From: a virus
Lineage: Duplodnaviria; Caudoviricetes
IMG/VR virus record: IMGVR_UViG_3300042673_002653
Span: 1 to 50,295 of that record
Strand: one strand, 5' to 3'
DNA: 50,295 bases
Part shown: in pieces, positions 24,614-34,658 of the stretch
How positions within the stretch are numbered: position 1 is the stretch's first letter
Layout of the letters: every line of letters begins with the position of its first letter
Made by a program: the position numbers and the translations under genes
The notes under the pieces: generated by a model
The model's input: the letters and a program-made list of their open reading frames with translations, nothing else
What the model was told of the DNA's origin: nothing
Databases searched by the model: none

Positions 24614-25435
24614 GCTGATCGAGCGATATGCTCCGTCGAGGGTTGCGGCAAGCCCTCAGAGCGCCGTGAATGGTGCAGCAAACACTATCAGCGCTGGAAG
24701 CGTCACGGCAGCGCGACCCAGACCCATAGGTATGAGGGGCAGCGATGCTCCATTGTCGACTGCGAGCGCCCGGCGCGGGCTTACGGCCTCTGCGGCACGC
24801 ACAACATGCGAATCCGCCGACATGGCGACCCACACGCCCATCCAGCGGTCCGCCGTTTCGGGTGTCTGGTGAAGGACTGTGATCGGGAGCACGCGTCGCG
24901 GGGCTACTGCAAACTCCATTACGACCGCGTCCTCACGACCGGCGATCCTCAAGCTGACGTGCCGCCAAGGATTGCGCCGGGTACTCGCGTCCAGTGGCTT
25001 CTCGACCACATTGATCATCGCGGCGAGGCCTGCCTGATCTGGCCGTTCAGCCGCGACCACAATGGGTATGGCAGGATCACGGATGAAGGAGTCCAGAGAT
25101 CGGCTTCCAGAACCATGTGCGCGCTGGTCAACGGCCCGCCCGAGGTCAGCCGCCTGCAGTCAGCGCACAACTGTGGTCAGGGCCACACCGGCTGCGTACA
25201 TCCTCAGCATCTGCGCTGGGATACTTGCGGCGGCAACCACGCCGACAAAGCCCTGCACGGCACAGAGATCAAGGGCGAGGATCAGTGGCAGGCACGGCTC
25301 ACCGAGGCCGATGTCCACTACATTCGCAGCCAGCGCGGGATCGCGAAGCAGAGCGATCTGGCGGCTCGGTTCGGAATCAATCAGACGTCCATAAGCAAGG
25401 TTCAACGCCGCGTCGCGTGGGCTTGGCTCGAGTGA
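24611..25435 (+). CDS. His-Cys/HNH-type homing endonuclease with three N-terminal Cys/His repeats and C-terminal HTH
   Basis: CSVEGC..WCSKH, CSIVDC..LCGTH, CLVKDC..YCKLH; CLIWPF; SAHNCGQGHTGCVHPQHLRW; RLTEADVHYIR...LAARFGINQ. Confidence 0.88.
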   Translation: MADRAICSVEGCGKPSERREWCSKHYQRWKRHGSATQTHRYEGQRCSIVDCERPARAYGLCGTHNMRIRRHGDPHAHPAVRRFGCLVKDCDREHASRGYCKLHYDRVLTTGDPQADVPPRIAPGTRVQWLLDHIDHRGEACLIWPFSRDHNGYGRITDEGVQRSASRTMCALVNGPPEVSRLQSAHNCGQGHTGCVHPQHLRWDTCGGNHADKALHGTEIKGEDQWQARLTEADVHYIRSQRGIAKQSDLAARFGINQTSISKVQRRVAWAWLE

Positions 25436-25441
25436 GGTCCA

Positions 25442-26029
25442 ATGGCCCAAGGCTCATTTTCCAGTCAGGTGAGCGCTTGGGTCGCTGAGACGAAAGAGCG
25501 AGCGGCGGCGGTCAAGAACGAGAGTACCCAGCGCGTGATTGAGATCATGCAGGAGCCAGGCCCATCCCGCGCGACCGTATCGAAAGCCATCGCTACTGGC
25601 GCTGGGCTGGGCAAGGTGAAGGCGGACGGAACCAGAGGGCGCAAGAAGCGAGCTTTCGGACCCGTCGCCAGAAGCGTTGGCGGCGTCGGAAATCTACCGG
25701 TCGATACAGGATTTCTCCGAGCCTCCTTGGTGGTGACGATTGGTGAGACGCTGCCGCCGCTGGTCGATAATCCGTCCGCTGATAGCTCGCACGCTTGGGA
25801 CGCGAGTGAGGTCAAGCTGACGCTATCAGGCGCGGACTTCGGTGACACGGTCATCGCCGCGTACACCGCCAAATACGCGCGGCGCATCGAATATGGCTTC
25901 ACCGGCACCGACTCCGCCGGACGCTCATACAGCCAGCGTGGAACCCGGTTTGTCGCCCTCGCGGCGCAGCAGTGGCAGCGCATCGTCAACGAAGTATGCG
26001 CGGAGGCTAAGAGCCGCGCGGGAGGATAG
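25442..26029 (+). CDS. Tail completion protein (HK97 gp10-like)
   Basis: FSSQVSAWV, LPVDTGFLRAS, YARRIEYG, AAQQW. Confidence 0.82.
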   Translation: MAQGSFSSQVSAWVAETKERAAAVKNESTQRVIEIMQEPGPSRATVSKAIATGAGLGKVKADGTRGRKKRAFGPVARSVGGVGNLPVDTGFLRASLVVTIGETLPPLVDNPSADSSHAWDASEVKLTLSGADFGDTVIAAYTAKYARRIEYGFTGTDSAGRSYSQRGTRFVALAAQQWQRIVNEVCAEAKSRAGG

Positions 26030-26032
26030 CCC

Positions 26033-26440
26033 ATGGCCGATCCCGCCGTCGTCGCCGCGCTGCTGTTCCAGCGGTGCGAGAGCATGGTCATCTCAGCGCC
26101 GACCATGCCCATAGCGTTCCCCGATGTGGCCTTCACGGCTCCGACTGACGGCAAGTATCTCAGGGTCGACTTCTTCGCCAACGCCCCGGCGTGGGAGAGC
26201 CTGTCAGGCGACGCTCTGAGCATGGGGCTTCTGCAAATCTCCGTCGTCTGGCCCAAGGGCGTCGGCGTCGTGAAGCCTCGGGAAGTCGCCCACCTCGTCG
26301 AAGCCCACTTCTCCAAGGGCCTCCAGATGTCCGGCCAAGGCGTCCGCGTGAAGGTCAGCCGCAAGCCTTGGACCGCGTCCCCGATCATCGAGGACACCCA
26401 GACCCTGACCCCGGTCACCATCCCCTGGACGGCGTCGTAG
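26033..26440 (+). CDS. Tail terminator-like protein (DUF4128-like)
   Basis: IAFPDVAFTAP, GLLQISVVWPKGVG, PVTIPW. Confidence 0.8.
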   Translation: MADPAVVAALLFQRCESMVISAPTMPIAFPDVAFTAPTDGKYLRVDFFANAPAWESLSGDALSMGLLQISVVWPKGVGVVKPREVAHLVEAHFSKGLQMSGQGVRVKVSRKPWTASPIIEDTQTLTPVTIPWTAS

Positions 26441-26492
26441 CCGACCGGTCGCCCTCTCGCCGCATGGGCAACGGCACCCCCAACAGGAGGCC

Positions 26493-26969
26493 ATGATGGC
26501 TCTTTCCGACGGCATCGGCTCGAAGGTCTTCATCGGCCCAGCCACCGCTTCTCTCGACGCCAGCACCATCACTGCGTTGACGCCCTGTGTCGAAGTGAAG
26601 GAGTGCGAATCCATTCCCGAATTCGGCGACTCCTCGGCGACGATCACCTTCACCTCCCTGAGCGCCGGCCGCGTCCGCAAGCGCAAGGGTGCGCGCGACG
26701 CCGGAGACATCACCGTCACCTTCGCCAACATCCCCGATGATCCGGGCCAACTCGCCATGATCGCCGCCGAGAAGTCGAAGTCCAACTTCGCCATCAAGGT
26801 CGTCGCGGCCGATGAGCCTGACGAGGACGGCACCCCCAGCGAATTCTACCTGATCGCCCTGGTCAACTCGGCGAAGGTCAACGTCGGCGCGTCGAACGCC
26901 GTGAACAAGCGCGCCTTCTCGCTGCTGATCCAGGACGTCCACGAAGTTCCGGCCGAAGCCGGCGCCTGA
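26493..26969 (+). CDS. Major tail tube protein
   Basis: SIPEFGDS...RVRKRKGARDAG...DDPGQ. Confidence 0.85.
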   Translation: MMALSDGIGSKVFIGPATASLDASTITALTPCVEVKECESIPEFGDSSATITFTSLSAGRVRKRKGARDAGDITVTFANIPDDPGQLAMIAAEKSKSNFAIKVVAADEPDEDGTPSEFYLIALVNSAKVNVGASNAVNKRAFSLLIQDVHEVPAEAGA

Positions 26970-27024
26970 CCCTCCCAACTTAACGTCGGGGTCGCGCCCC
27001 GGCGTCCTTTTCAAAGGACACACC

Positions 27025-27444
27025 ATGGACCTTTCCACCTTCGACACCGCCGCCGCGGCCAATGACGGCGCCGTGCTTGAACTGCGATCGCCGAACGACG
27101 GCAGCGTCATCCTCCAAGACGACGGCGAGACCCCGGTCTCGATCACTCTGCTCGGCGAGGACTCTGACCGCGTCACAAAGCACAACAACGTCATCGCCAA
27201 CCGCGCCCTTCGCTCCGGCCCCGGCGGCCCGGCCATGAGCGCCGAAGTCGCCCGCGAGAACGAGATCGCCAAGTTCGCCAAGGCGACCGTCTCGTGGTCC
27301 GGGGTTGAGGTAGACAAGCAGACCCTCGACTGCACTGAGGACAACGCGAAGGCGCTCTACCGTCGCTTCCCCTGGATCCGCGATCAGGTCCGCGTCTTCA
27401 TGGCTGACCGCGCCCATTTTACGAAGGGATCGGCCGCGCGCTGA
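27025..27444 (+). CDS. Tail assembly chaperone (G)
   Basis: Position after the tube gene; ITLLGEDS, PWIRDQV. Confidence 0.8.
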   Translation: MDLSTFDTAAAANDGAVLELRSPNDGSVILQDDGETPVSITLLGEDSDRVTKHNNVIANRALRSGPGGPAMSAEVARENEIAKFAKATVSWSGVEVDKQTLDCTEDNAKALYRRFPWIRDQVRVFMADRAHFTKGSAAR

Positions 27445-27785
27445 TCGACTACGCCGGGGCGGTGGAGGGGAAGTTGAACCCCCTCCCGCTATTCCCCGAG
27501 GGTGGCGAACACCTCTGGGGCTGCTTTGCCGATCTCTGCGCCACCCGGCAGATCGGCTTGTCGGCCAACCCGATCACCTACACCGAGATCGACGCCTACA
27601 GCCGGTCTACCCATGCCGATCTTCGGGCCGCTGACGTCCGGCTGATCCGCCAGATGGACGACCGCGTCGCCGCCGTCCGCGCGGGCGAGTTCAACCCGGC
27701 CAGCCCAACCGGCCGCAAGCCCGGCATTGGGTCATTCCTCAAACAGCAAGCGGCCGCGAGCCGGAGAAGGAAGGCGGAGCAATGA
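27420..27785 (+). CDS. Tail assembly chaperone C-terminal part (T), probably made by -1 frameshift
   Basis: The -1 frame is open from CAT TTT (27415-27420): YEGIGRALIDYA...HLWGCFADL...NPITYTEIDAY; no clear RBS. Confidence 0.7.
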   Translation, partial: YEGIGRALIDYAGAVEGKLNPLPLFPEGGEHLWGCFADLCATRQIGLSANPITYTEIDAYSRSTHADLRAADVRLIRQMDDRVAAVRAGEFNPASPTGRKPGIGSFLKQQAAASRRRKAEQ

Positions 27786-29860
27786 CCGATCTCGCCAACC
27801 TCGGCATCCGCGTCGAGAGCCAGGAAGCCGATGTCGCCGACAAGCGCCTCGACAATCTGGCTGCCTCTGCTGACCGGGCCGAGAAGAGCGTCGACGCCCT
27901 CGCCGTAGCCGCGCGCCGGGCGGACGGGGCGACCTCGACCATGAACGTCGCGGTGCAAGAGCAGAACCGCGTCCTCGGCGTCGCTCGGAACAGCCTCGGC
28001 CTGACCACGCAGGAGGGACTGAACCTCGGCCGCCAGATGTCCGACGTGGGCGTCCAACTGGCCATGGGGATGTCGCCCTTCATGATCGCGGTCCAGCAGG
28101 GCCCGCAAATCCTCGATGTCTTCCAAATGGCGGCGATCCGAACCGGCACCACGGTTCGAGCGGCCATGGCGGCGACCGGCGCGGCGATCTGGGCGGCCCT
28201 CGCCCCGCTGATGCCCTTCATCCTCGCGGTGGGCGCTGCTGTCGGCGTCATGGCTGCGGGCTGGGGGCTGGCCACCCGGTCGATGAACCAGGACATCGGC
28301 GACCTGACGAACGGCATGGGGCTGAACGAGGAGCAACTCGAGCGCCTGAAAGAGAAGAACATCTCCACCACGGCCACGGCCGGCGACGCATGGCGCGGTC
28401 TCGGAACCACGATCAAGGAGATGTTCGCGGGCGTCTTCGGCGACGAGCTCGCCTGGGTCGATAAGCAGTGGAACAGCTTCCTCGACGACCTGACTAAGAA
28501 CACGGGGGCCGAGGTCGATGCCATCGCAGGGTTCTTCGTCGGCGCCTACAACGTGGTGCGCGACACTTGGCGCCTACTGCCGGCCGCCATCGGCGACGCC
28601 GCTATATCGTCCGCAAATGCCGCGATCACCGCTGTAAACTGGTTGGTCGCCAAGTCCGTCGAGGGCGTGAACAACCTCCGGGCCCAGTACAACTCCCTTC
28701 CCGCCTGGATGCGCGGTGGGCAGGCCGCTCCGATGATGGGCACGCCGCAGTTTGGCGCTCTGGGCAATCCATACGCAGGCGGCATGTCGGCGGCGTTCGG
28801 GGTGGGCGCGGCATCGTACGGTGCCGGGTATGAGAGCCAACAAGGCATGTCCGGTCGCTTCATGGACCGCTGGCGTCAGAACACGCTGGCCTCAGCACGC
28901 AACCGCATTGGCGAGGGCGCCGGCGACGCTGGCTCTGATGCCGCAGTCCGCCGTGCGCGCGAAGCCCGAGAGGTTCTGGAGCAGCTGCCAAACATCAATC
29001 TGCAGCCGCTGAATATCCAGCTTATCGAGCTACGAAACCCCCTCCGCGATATCGCTGACGAGGCGCGGCTGGTGCACAGCCTTGCCCTCGACGCCGCTCA
29101 GGGTCTCGCTTCCGCGTTCGGCGAGAGCGGCCGTGCGCTGGGCGATCTCCTGACGACCATGTCGGGCTATCAGTCGCGGATGGCTGAGATCACCCTCGCC
29201 GAGCAGCAGAAGCAAATCACCATTGCCCAAGCTGAGCGCGACCGTGCGCATGCTCAGGTCCAGCACTACGGCGACATGCTGGGCGCGGCCAAGGGCTTCT
29301 TCGACCAGAATAGCGAGGGCTACCGCGTCCTTCAGGCAGCCGAAGCGGCGTGGCGCGTCTTCCAGTTCGCGATGTCGGTTCAGGCGATGGCCCAGAACGC
29401 GGCCGAGACCGGCACGAGCGTGGCCGGGAGCATGGCTAAAGGCGCAGCATCCACGGCGGCCGGCGCGGCGAAGATGTTCGAAGTCCTCGGCCCCTTCGCC
29501 TTCCCGGCTATCGCGGCAATGCTGGCCCTGCTGACCTCGGTCGGGCTTCGCGGCGGCGGAGGCGGTGGCTCGGGACGCAACTTCGCGGCCAACGACAACA
29601 CCGCCGAGGCCACCGCCTCCATCAGCCGGTCGTCACAGCGGGAACAGCAGGCCCGCGAGGGTCTGAGCGCCGCCATCGCCAGCAGCGTGGAAGTGCGGGT
29701 CACCGCCGACCGCGACGGTCTTGATGCCTATGTGGTTGGTCGTGCCGAAGACGTCGCCCGCCCGCTGGTGATCCAGGGCATGGCCGCCACCGCCGGCGCC
29801 ACCCGGCAGCAGGTGATGTCTGACCTCGACAAGGGCCGGACCTACGGGCGCGTGGCCTGA
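27782..29860 (+). CDS. Tape measure protein
   Basis: MTDLANLGIRV, QMSDVGVQLAMGMSPFMIAVQQGPQI; Ala/Gly-rich. Confidence 0.92.
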   Translation: MTDLANLGIRVESQEADVADKRLDNLAASADRAEKSVDALAVAARRADGATSTMNVAVQEQNRVLGVARNSLGLTTQEGLNLGRQMSDVGVQLAMGMSPFMIAVQQGPQILDVFQMAAIRTGTTVRAAMAATGAAIWAALAPLMPFILAVGAAVGVMAAGWGLATRSMNQDIGDLTNGMGLNEEQLERLKEKNISTTATAGDAWRGLGTTIKEMFAGVFGDELAWVDKQWNSFLDDLTKNTGAEVDAIAGFFVGAYNVVRDTWRLLPAAIGDAAISSANAAITAVNWLVAKSVEGVNNLRAQYNSLPAWMRGGQAAPMMGTPQFGALGNPYAGGMSAAFGVGAASYGAGYESQQGMSGRFMDRWRQNTLASARNRIGEGAGDAGSDAAVRRAREAREVLEQLPNINLQPLNIQLIELRNPLRDIADEARLVHSLALDAAQGLASAFGESGRALGDLLTTMSGYQSRMAEITLAEQQKQITIAQAERDRAHAQVQHYGDMLGAAKGFFDQNSEGYRVLQAAEAAWRVFQFAMSVQAMAQNAAETGTSVAGSMAKGAASTAAGAAKMFEVLGPFAFPAIAAMLALLTSVGLRGGGGGGSGRNFAANDNTAEATASISRSSQREQQAREGLSAAIASSVEVRVTADRDGLDAYVVGRAEDVARPLVIQGMAATAGATRQQVMSDLDKGRTYGRVA

Positions 29861-30447
29861 TGGCGAAGATCCTCCCGACCCCGCGCTTCGTCAGCGCCGA
29901 GCCGACCATCGTTTCGTCCAGCATCGACCAGCGCAGCGCCACCGGCTCAAACCGGCAGAAGGGCCTGCGGAAGGGCAGCCACTACAGCTACGAGATGGCG
30001 CTGGAGCCGATGGACCATGCCGAGGCCCTGTCCTGGCTGGACCTCCGCAACGAGGCGGACACCGTCGTCGTTGCGGTCCCTCAGATGGGGCTGGAAATCG
30101 GCACGCCGGGCACGACGCTCGTCAACGGCTCGGGACAGGCCGGGACCAACCTGTCGATCAAGGGCTTTGTGCCCGGCTATCAGGTGCGCAAGGGGCAGGC
30201 CTTCAACCACATCGGGTCCGACGGCGTCCGGCGTATCTATGTGGCCGATGCAGCGGTCACCGCGAACGGCTCCGGCATCGCGACTGTGCCGCTGGAGACG
30301 ATGCTGAACTGGCCGCCCGGCAACAACGACGTCATCAGCTTCTCCGACGTCCGCATCGAGGGCTTCGCGGCCGTTGAGCGCGGTTCCTTCCTCCAAGACG
30401 GCAACGGCCACCACCACATCCGCTTCACGGTCGAAGAACCGGGCTGA
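29860..30447 (+). CDS. Distal tail protein-like
   Basis: Position after the tape measure gene; VNGSGQAG motif. Confidence 0.75.
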   Translation: MAKILPTPRFVSAEPTIVSSSIDQRSATGSNRQKGLRKGSHYSYEMALEPMDHAEALSWLDLRNEADTVVVAVPQMGLEIGTPGTTLVNGSGQAGTNLSIKGFVPGYQVRKGQAFNHIGSDGVRRIYVADAAVTANGSGIATVPLETMLNWPPGNNDVISFSDVRIEGFAAVERGSFLQDGNGHHHIRFTVEEPG

Positions 30448-31013
30448 TGGATCCCGCCCTCTCTGCCGCCTACAGCCAGCGGGTATGGACGCGGGCCCTG
30501 TTGGTGCGTCTGGATCTGCCCGGCGGGACCTACTGCCTGACCGACGGCGGCTTCGCGGTCTTCGATGGCAACCTCTATCTCGGCAAGGAGCCGTCGCTGG
30601 GCCTGTTCGTCGGCGTCTCCGGCCTCTCCAGCGGGACCGGCAACCAGACGACCCGCGTCGATCTCCGCATCGCCCCCAAGGACAACGCCGCAGCATCCAT
30701 CCTCGGCTCACCCTCGACGCAGGGCAGCCGGGTCAGGGTCTGGCGCGGGGCTATCGATCGCGCGACCGGCCTTCTAATCGGCGAACCCGTTCTCCGCTTT
30801 GACGGTGAGGTGGATCAGCCGCGGTTCTCTGTCGGCGCCGACCGCCAGCTCGTCGTTGCCTGCGGCACCCAATCGGCCCGGCAGCTGGAAGAGAACGCCG
30901 ACTGGCGGGCCAACCACAGCTTCCACAGCACGCGCTGGCCGGGTGAGACCGGCATGGTCCGCGTCGCCGGCATTTCAAAGATCATGCAGGACCTGGGGCA
31001 GTGGCGCACATGA
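30447..31013 (+). CDS. Minor tail/baseplate hub protein (DUF2163-like)
   Basis: QGSRVRVW...TGLLIGEP...FDGEVD...WPGETG. Confidence 0.75.
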   Translation: MDPALSAAYSQRVWTRALLVRLDLPGGTYCLTDGGFAVFDGNLYLGKEPSLGLFVGVSGLSSGTGNQTTRVDLRIAPKDNAAASILGSPSTQGSRVRVWRGAIDRATGLLIGEPVLRFDGEVDQPRFSVGADRQLVVACGTQSARQLEENADWRANHSFHSTRWPGETGMVRVAGISKIMQDLGQWRT

Positions 31014-31432
31014 TGGATGATCGTATCCGCCGCGCCCAAGCGGCCGAGGCCTGCCGACAGCGCTTCTATGGGAAGGCCTATGACCCCGGCGTCCGCGACT
31101 GCGTGAAGCTGGCGACCCACGCCCTGATGAAGATGGGCCACGGCGCCGGGCCCGTGAAAGGCCTGCGCTACTCGACCGAGGCGGCAGGCTACCGGCTTCT
31201 GCTCAAGGCTGGGTTCAAGTCCCTGCCTGAAGCGCTCGACGCCATGGGCCTACCCCGCATCGCCCCTGCCGCCGCTCTGCAAGGCGATCTGATCGCGATG
31301 GACGCGGGCGAGGACAGTCCGTTCGGTGCCTCGATGATGGTCGCCATGTCCGACGGCCTGGTCCTCGGCTTCAGCGGGGGCATCTGCTCGACATGGCGTC
31401 CCCTCGCCTATCAGGCTGCCTGGCGTCTCTGA
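31010..31432 (+). CDS. Tail-associated NlpC/P60-like protein
   Basis: YDPGVRDCVKL...YST...QGDL...AWRL. Confidence 0.75.
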   Translation: MMDDRIRRAQAAEACRQRFYGKAYDPGVRDCVKLATHALMKMGHGAGPVKGLRYSTEAAGYRLLLKAGFKSLPEALDAMGLPRIAPAAALQGDLIAMDAGEDSPFGASMMVAMSDGLVLGFSGGICSTWRPLAYQAAWRL

Positions 31433-34400
31433 TGCCCCAAGCGATCCCGGCCGTCATCGCGGCCATCTCCTACGTCGGCTCGGCCGCGACTGCGGTTGTC
31501 GCGGGCACGGCCACCCTTGCCCAGATCGCGACCGTCGCCGCCGTAGGCATCGGCGCCGGCGCTGGCAGCATGACGCTCGCCAAGTCTCTGACGCCCCAGA
31601 TCGCCAGCCAGGGCGCGGCGGTCCAGTGGCACGCCGACCCTGACGAACCCCTGCGGTTCGCCTTCGGCCGCGTCGGCGTGAAGGGCAGCATCAAGGACGC
31701 GGCCATCTACGGCCCCGACCGGATGTATGTCTCGTTCGCCTGCACGGTCTCAGCGGCGGGTCCGATCCGGTCCTTCGTCAGTTTCCGGGCGGGCGACTAC
31801 TACATGGCGTTCAACGGCGCCGGGATGGCGACGACCGAGCCCTACGCCGGGGAGATGTGGCTCTCGACGCGGCTCGGAACCCAGCCGGACACCGCCCTGT
31901 CGCTGCCCTCAGGACTGAAGAACGGCGCGGCCTTCCCCGGCTGGGGCGCGGACCGAAAGATGTCCGGCTCGGCGGGCTATCTGGTGACGCTCGGCGAGAA
32001 CTCGAAACGCTCGGCTTACGACGGCAAGATCCCGGCGTTCGTCGCGACCATTGAAGGTCTCTACTGCTACGACCCTCGCCTCGACAGCACCTATCCGGGC
32101 GGTGCCGGCTCCTGCCGTCTGAACGATCCGACGACCTGGGTCTGGACGCAGAACCCGATCCTCTTCGCCCTGAAGTGGACGCTGGGCCTCTGGGAAGGCC
32201 CGACCGGCAAGGGGGCGCCTCAGGTTGACTATCAGGTCGGCGGCATCGGCGCGAAGGTCGATGGCGTCCACCTCGCGTCATTCGTCGCGGCGGCCAATAT
32301 CTCCGACGCAAACGGCTGGACCAGCGCGGGCTACCCCTCCACGGACGACGACAAGGCCCAGGTTCTCGACGGCTTCATGAAGGCGGGCGGAGCGCGATAC
32401 GCCGAGATCGCCGGCCAGATCGCCTGCATCCATCGCGCCGCCCCTCGCGCCACAGTGTTTACGGTCACCGCCCGCGACACCGCCGGGCCCGTCGAGATCG
32501 ACACCGCCTCGTCGAAGCTGAACCGGATCAACACCATTCGTCCCCGGTTCTTCTCGGAGAGCCACGAATGGGAGATGACCGCCCTTCCCGAAGTGACGGC
32601 CACGGAATGGCAGATCGAGGACGGCCAAGGCGTCGCAGTCAAGCGGACCCGGGGCGCGGACTACACCTTCGTTGATCAGGCCAAGCAGGGTCGAGAGCTC
32701 GGCAGCCTGGAGATCAGCCACAGCCGCGAGGGCATCCGGGGAAGGGTCCCGTTGCGGCCCTACATTGACCCGGAGCCGGGGAACTGCTTCGAGTTCGACG
32801 AGCCTGACTTCGCCCTCGCCAACGTCAAATGCTTCGTCCTCAACGTCGAAGACGACACCGAGAACGACACCGTCATAGTCACCTTCGAGGCCGAGACCGA
32901 CGGAAAGTACCCGTTTGCCTACGGCCAGACCGCGAGCCCGCCACCGGCCCAAGAACTCGACCCGTTCGACCCTCGATACGTCACCCCTCCAGACGCTCTG
33001 GATTGGGAAGTGGTCATCCGGCCCCCTGCCCCAGATGGAGGGGGCCAGATCCCCGGCTTCGACCTGACGGGTGTGGTGAGCAACGCTACGGCCGCGCGAG
33101 TGTTGGTCGAGACGGGCCCAACCGATGATGGCCCTTGGACGCAGGCCTATGATGGTCCGCCTACGGCCGAGCGCATTCAAATCCTGGTCGATGCCAACAC
33201 GACCTATTTCATCGCCGTCAGCTACTTCAACCGTGCGGGCAATCAGTCGGCTCGCACGGTCTATGGGCCATTCACCACGGGCGAGGTGATCGGCGGACAA
33301 CTGACGCCGACGGCCCGTGACCAGCTGATCACCGATCTGCGCGACCAGTTGTCGGACACGGCGGCGGCGGAGCGGCTGGCGGAGACGCTGATCCAGACCA
33401 TCCTGGACGAACAGGAATCGTACGAGCTGGAGGCGGAGCGCCGGCTGGACGCCGACACGGGGGTCCTGAACGAGGCGACGGTGAGGAGCGAGGCCGGGAT
33501 CGCCGAGGCGATGAACCTGGTCTACACGCGAGCGGAGACGGACGAAGGGCTGGCGTCCACGCTTCAGGTCGCCCGGGCCTATACGGACACCTACAAGTCC
33601 GAGGCCGAGCTGCTTTTCTCGACGAAGGTCGAGCGGGCGAACGGCGACGCCATCGCCGTGCTTCAGGCCAAGGCCTATACCGACGATCTGGAGAGCCGGG
33701 CCAGCCTGACCTATGTCACCCAGGCGTCGTTCGGGTCGGGCCTGGCGTCTACCCTGTCGGCGGCCCAGTCCTATACGAACGGCCAGATCTCGACGGCCCT
33801 GGCGACGACCTACACCCGCGCCCAGATCGACGGCGCGTTGGCGACGACGGTGCAGCAGGCGCAGGCCTACACCGACGCGCTGAGGTCGGACGCCAGCCTG
33901 ATCTATGCGACGACATCCGCGGTCGGCGGAGTGTCGGCGACGGCGTCGCTGGCCCTATCCACGGCGGTCACGGCGAACGGGGCGGCCAACTCGATCGTCG
34001 GCATCGCCCAAGACGTGAACGGCTATGCTTCCGGTTTTCGCTCGATCAACAACGGGACGACCTCGTCCTTCGATATTCTGACCGACGCCTTCCGCCTTCT
34101 CGCGCCGGCGGGTGGCGCGAGGTCGGAGCTTATCGGCGGGGTCACGTACGCGTATCCACCCGACAACGCTGTCCGATATATGAGCGGCAAGCCGTTCGCC
34201 GGCGACTTCGGCCTGGTCATGTGGACCGGTCCGAACAGCGTCCCCATCGGCTCCGAGACCAAGTCAAACGCCTGGGTCTATGTGTCGATGAATACGGTTG
34301 CCGGCGGTCGTTTCGGCGGGTCCGACGTACCCGGCGGAACGACGCCGCTGATGGCCATGGTCGATGACCCCGATGCCTATGGCTCGGACTACAGCGGTAC

Positions 34401-34644
34401 GATCACCACGGAGACGATCAACGTCTCGGTCGCCGGAACGGGTGCGGGGTCCGCGACCATCCGCTGGGTCCGGACGGGGGGCGACGAGATCGCCCCGACC
34501 GCGCCCAGCGCCTTCAGCACTCAGTTCACCGGCGAGATCGCCCCCGGCCAGACCAAGCGGGCCGTCTTCCTGGGCGTCGTCGTCTCCGGAACGCAAGCCG
34601 CCCCGCCCGTCGTCATCACCGCCACCCTGGCCAGCACGGCCTGA
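31432..34644 (+). CDS. Tail tip/host-specificity protein (J-like)
   Basis: FAFGRVG, YDPRLDSTYPGGAGSCR, FN3-like segment, AQAYTD coiled-coil repeats, DVNGYASG. Confidence 0.88.
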   Translation: MPQAIPAVIAAISYVGSAATAVVAGTATLAQIATVAAVGIGAGAGSMTLAKSLTPQIASQGAAVQWHADPDEPLRFAFGRVGVKGSIKDAAIYGPDRMYVSFACTVSAAGPIRSFVSFRAGDYYMAFNGAGMATTEPYAGEMWLSTRLGTQPDTALSLPSGLKNGAAFPGWGADRKMSGSAGYLVTLGENSKRSAYDGKIPAFVATIEGLYCYDPRLDSTYPGGAGSCRLNDPTTWVWTQNPILFALKWTLGLWEGPTGKGAPQVDYQVGGIGAKVDGVHLASFVAAANISDANGWTSAGYPSTDDDKAQVLDGFMKAGGARYAEIAGQIACIHRAAPRATVFTVTARDTAGPVEIDTASSKLNRINTIRPRFFSESHEWEMTALPEVTATEWQIEDGQGVAVKRTRGADYTFVDQAKQGRELGSLEISHSREGIRGRVPLRPYIDPEPGNCFEFDEPDFALANVKCFVLNVEDDTENDTVIVTFEAETDGKYPFAYGQTASPPPAQELDPFDPRYVTPPDALDWEVVIRPPAPDGGGQIPGFDLTGVVSNATAARVLVETGPTDDGPWTQAYDGPPTAERIQILVDANTTYFIAVSYFNRAGNQSARTVYGPFTTGEVIGGQLTPTARDQLITDLRDQLSDTAAAERLAETLIQTILDEQESYELEAERRLDADTGVLNEATVRSEAGIAEAMNLVYTRAETDEGLASTLQVARAYTDTYKSEAELLFSTKVERANGDAIAVLQAKAYTDDLESRASLTYVTQASFGSGLASTLSAAQSYTNGQISTALATTYTRAQIDGALATTVQQAQAYTDALRSDASLIYATTSAVGGVSATASLALSTAVTANGAANSIVGIAQDVNGYASGFRSINNGTTSSFDILTDAFRLLAPAGGARSELIGGVTYAYPPDNAVRYMSGKPFAGDFGLVMWTGPNSVPIGSETKSNAWVYVSMNTVAGGRFGGSDVPGGTTPLMAMVDDPDAYGSDYSGTITTETINVSVAGTGAGSATIRWVRTGGDEIAPTAPSAFSTQFTGEIAPGQTKRAVFLGVVVSGTQAAPPVVITATLASTA

Positions 34645-34658
34645 TCTGGAGCCTCAGC

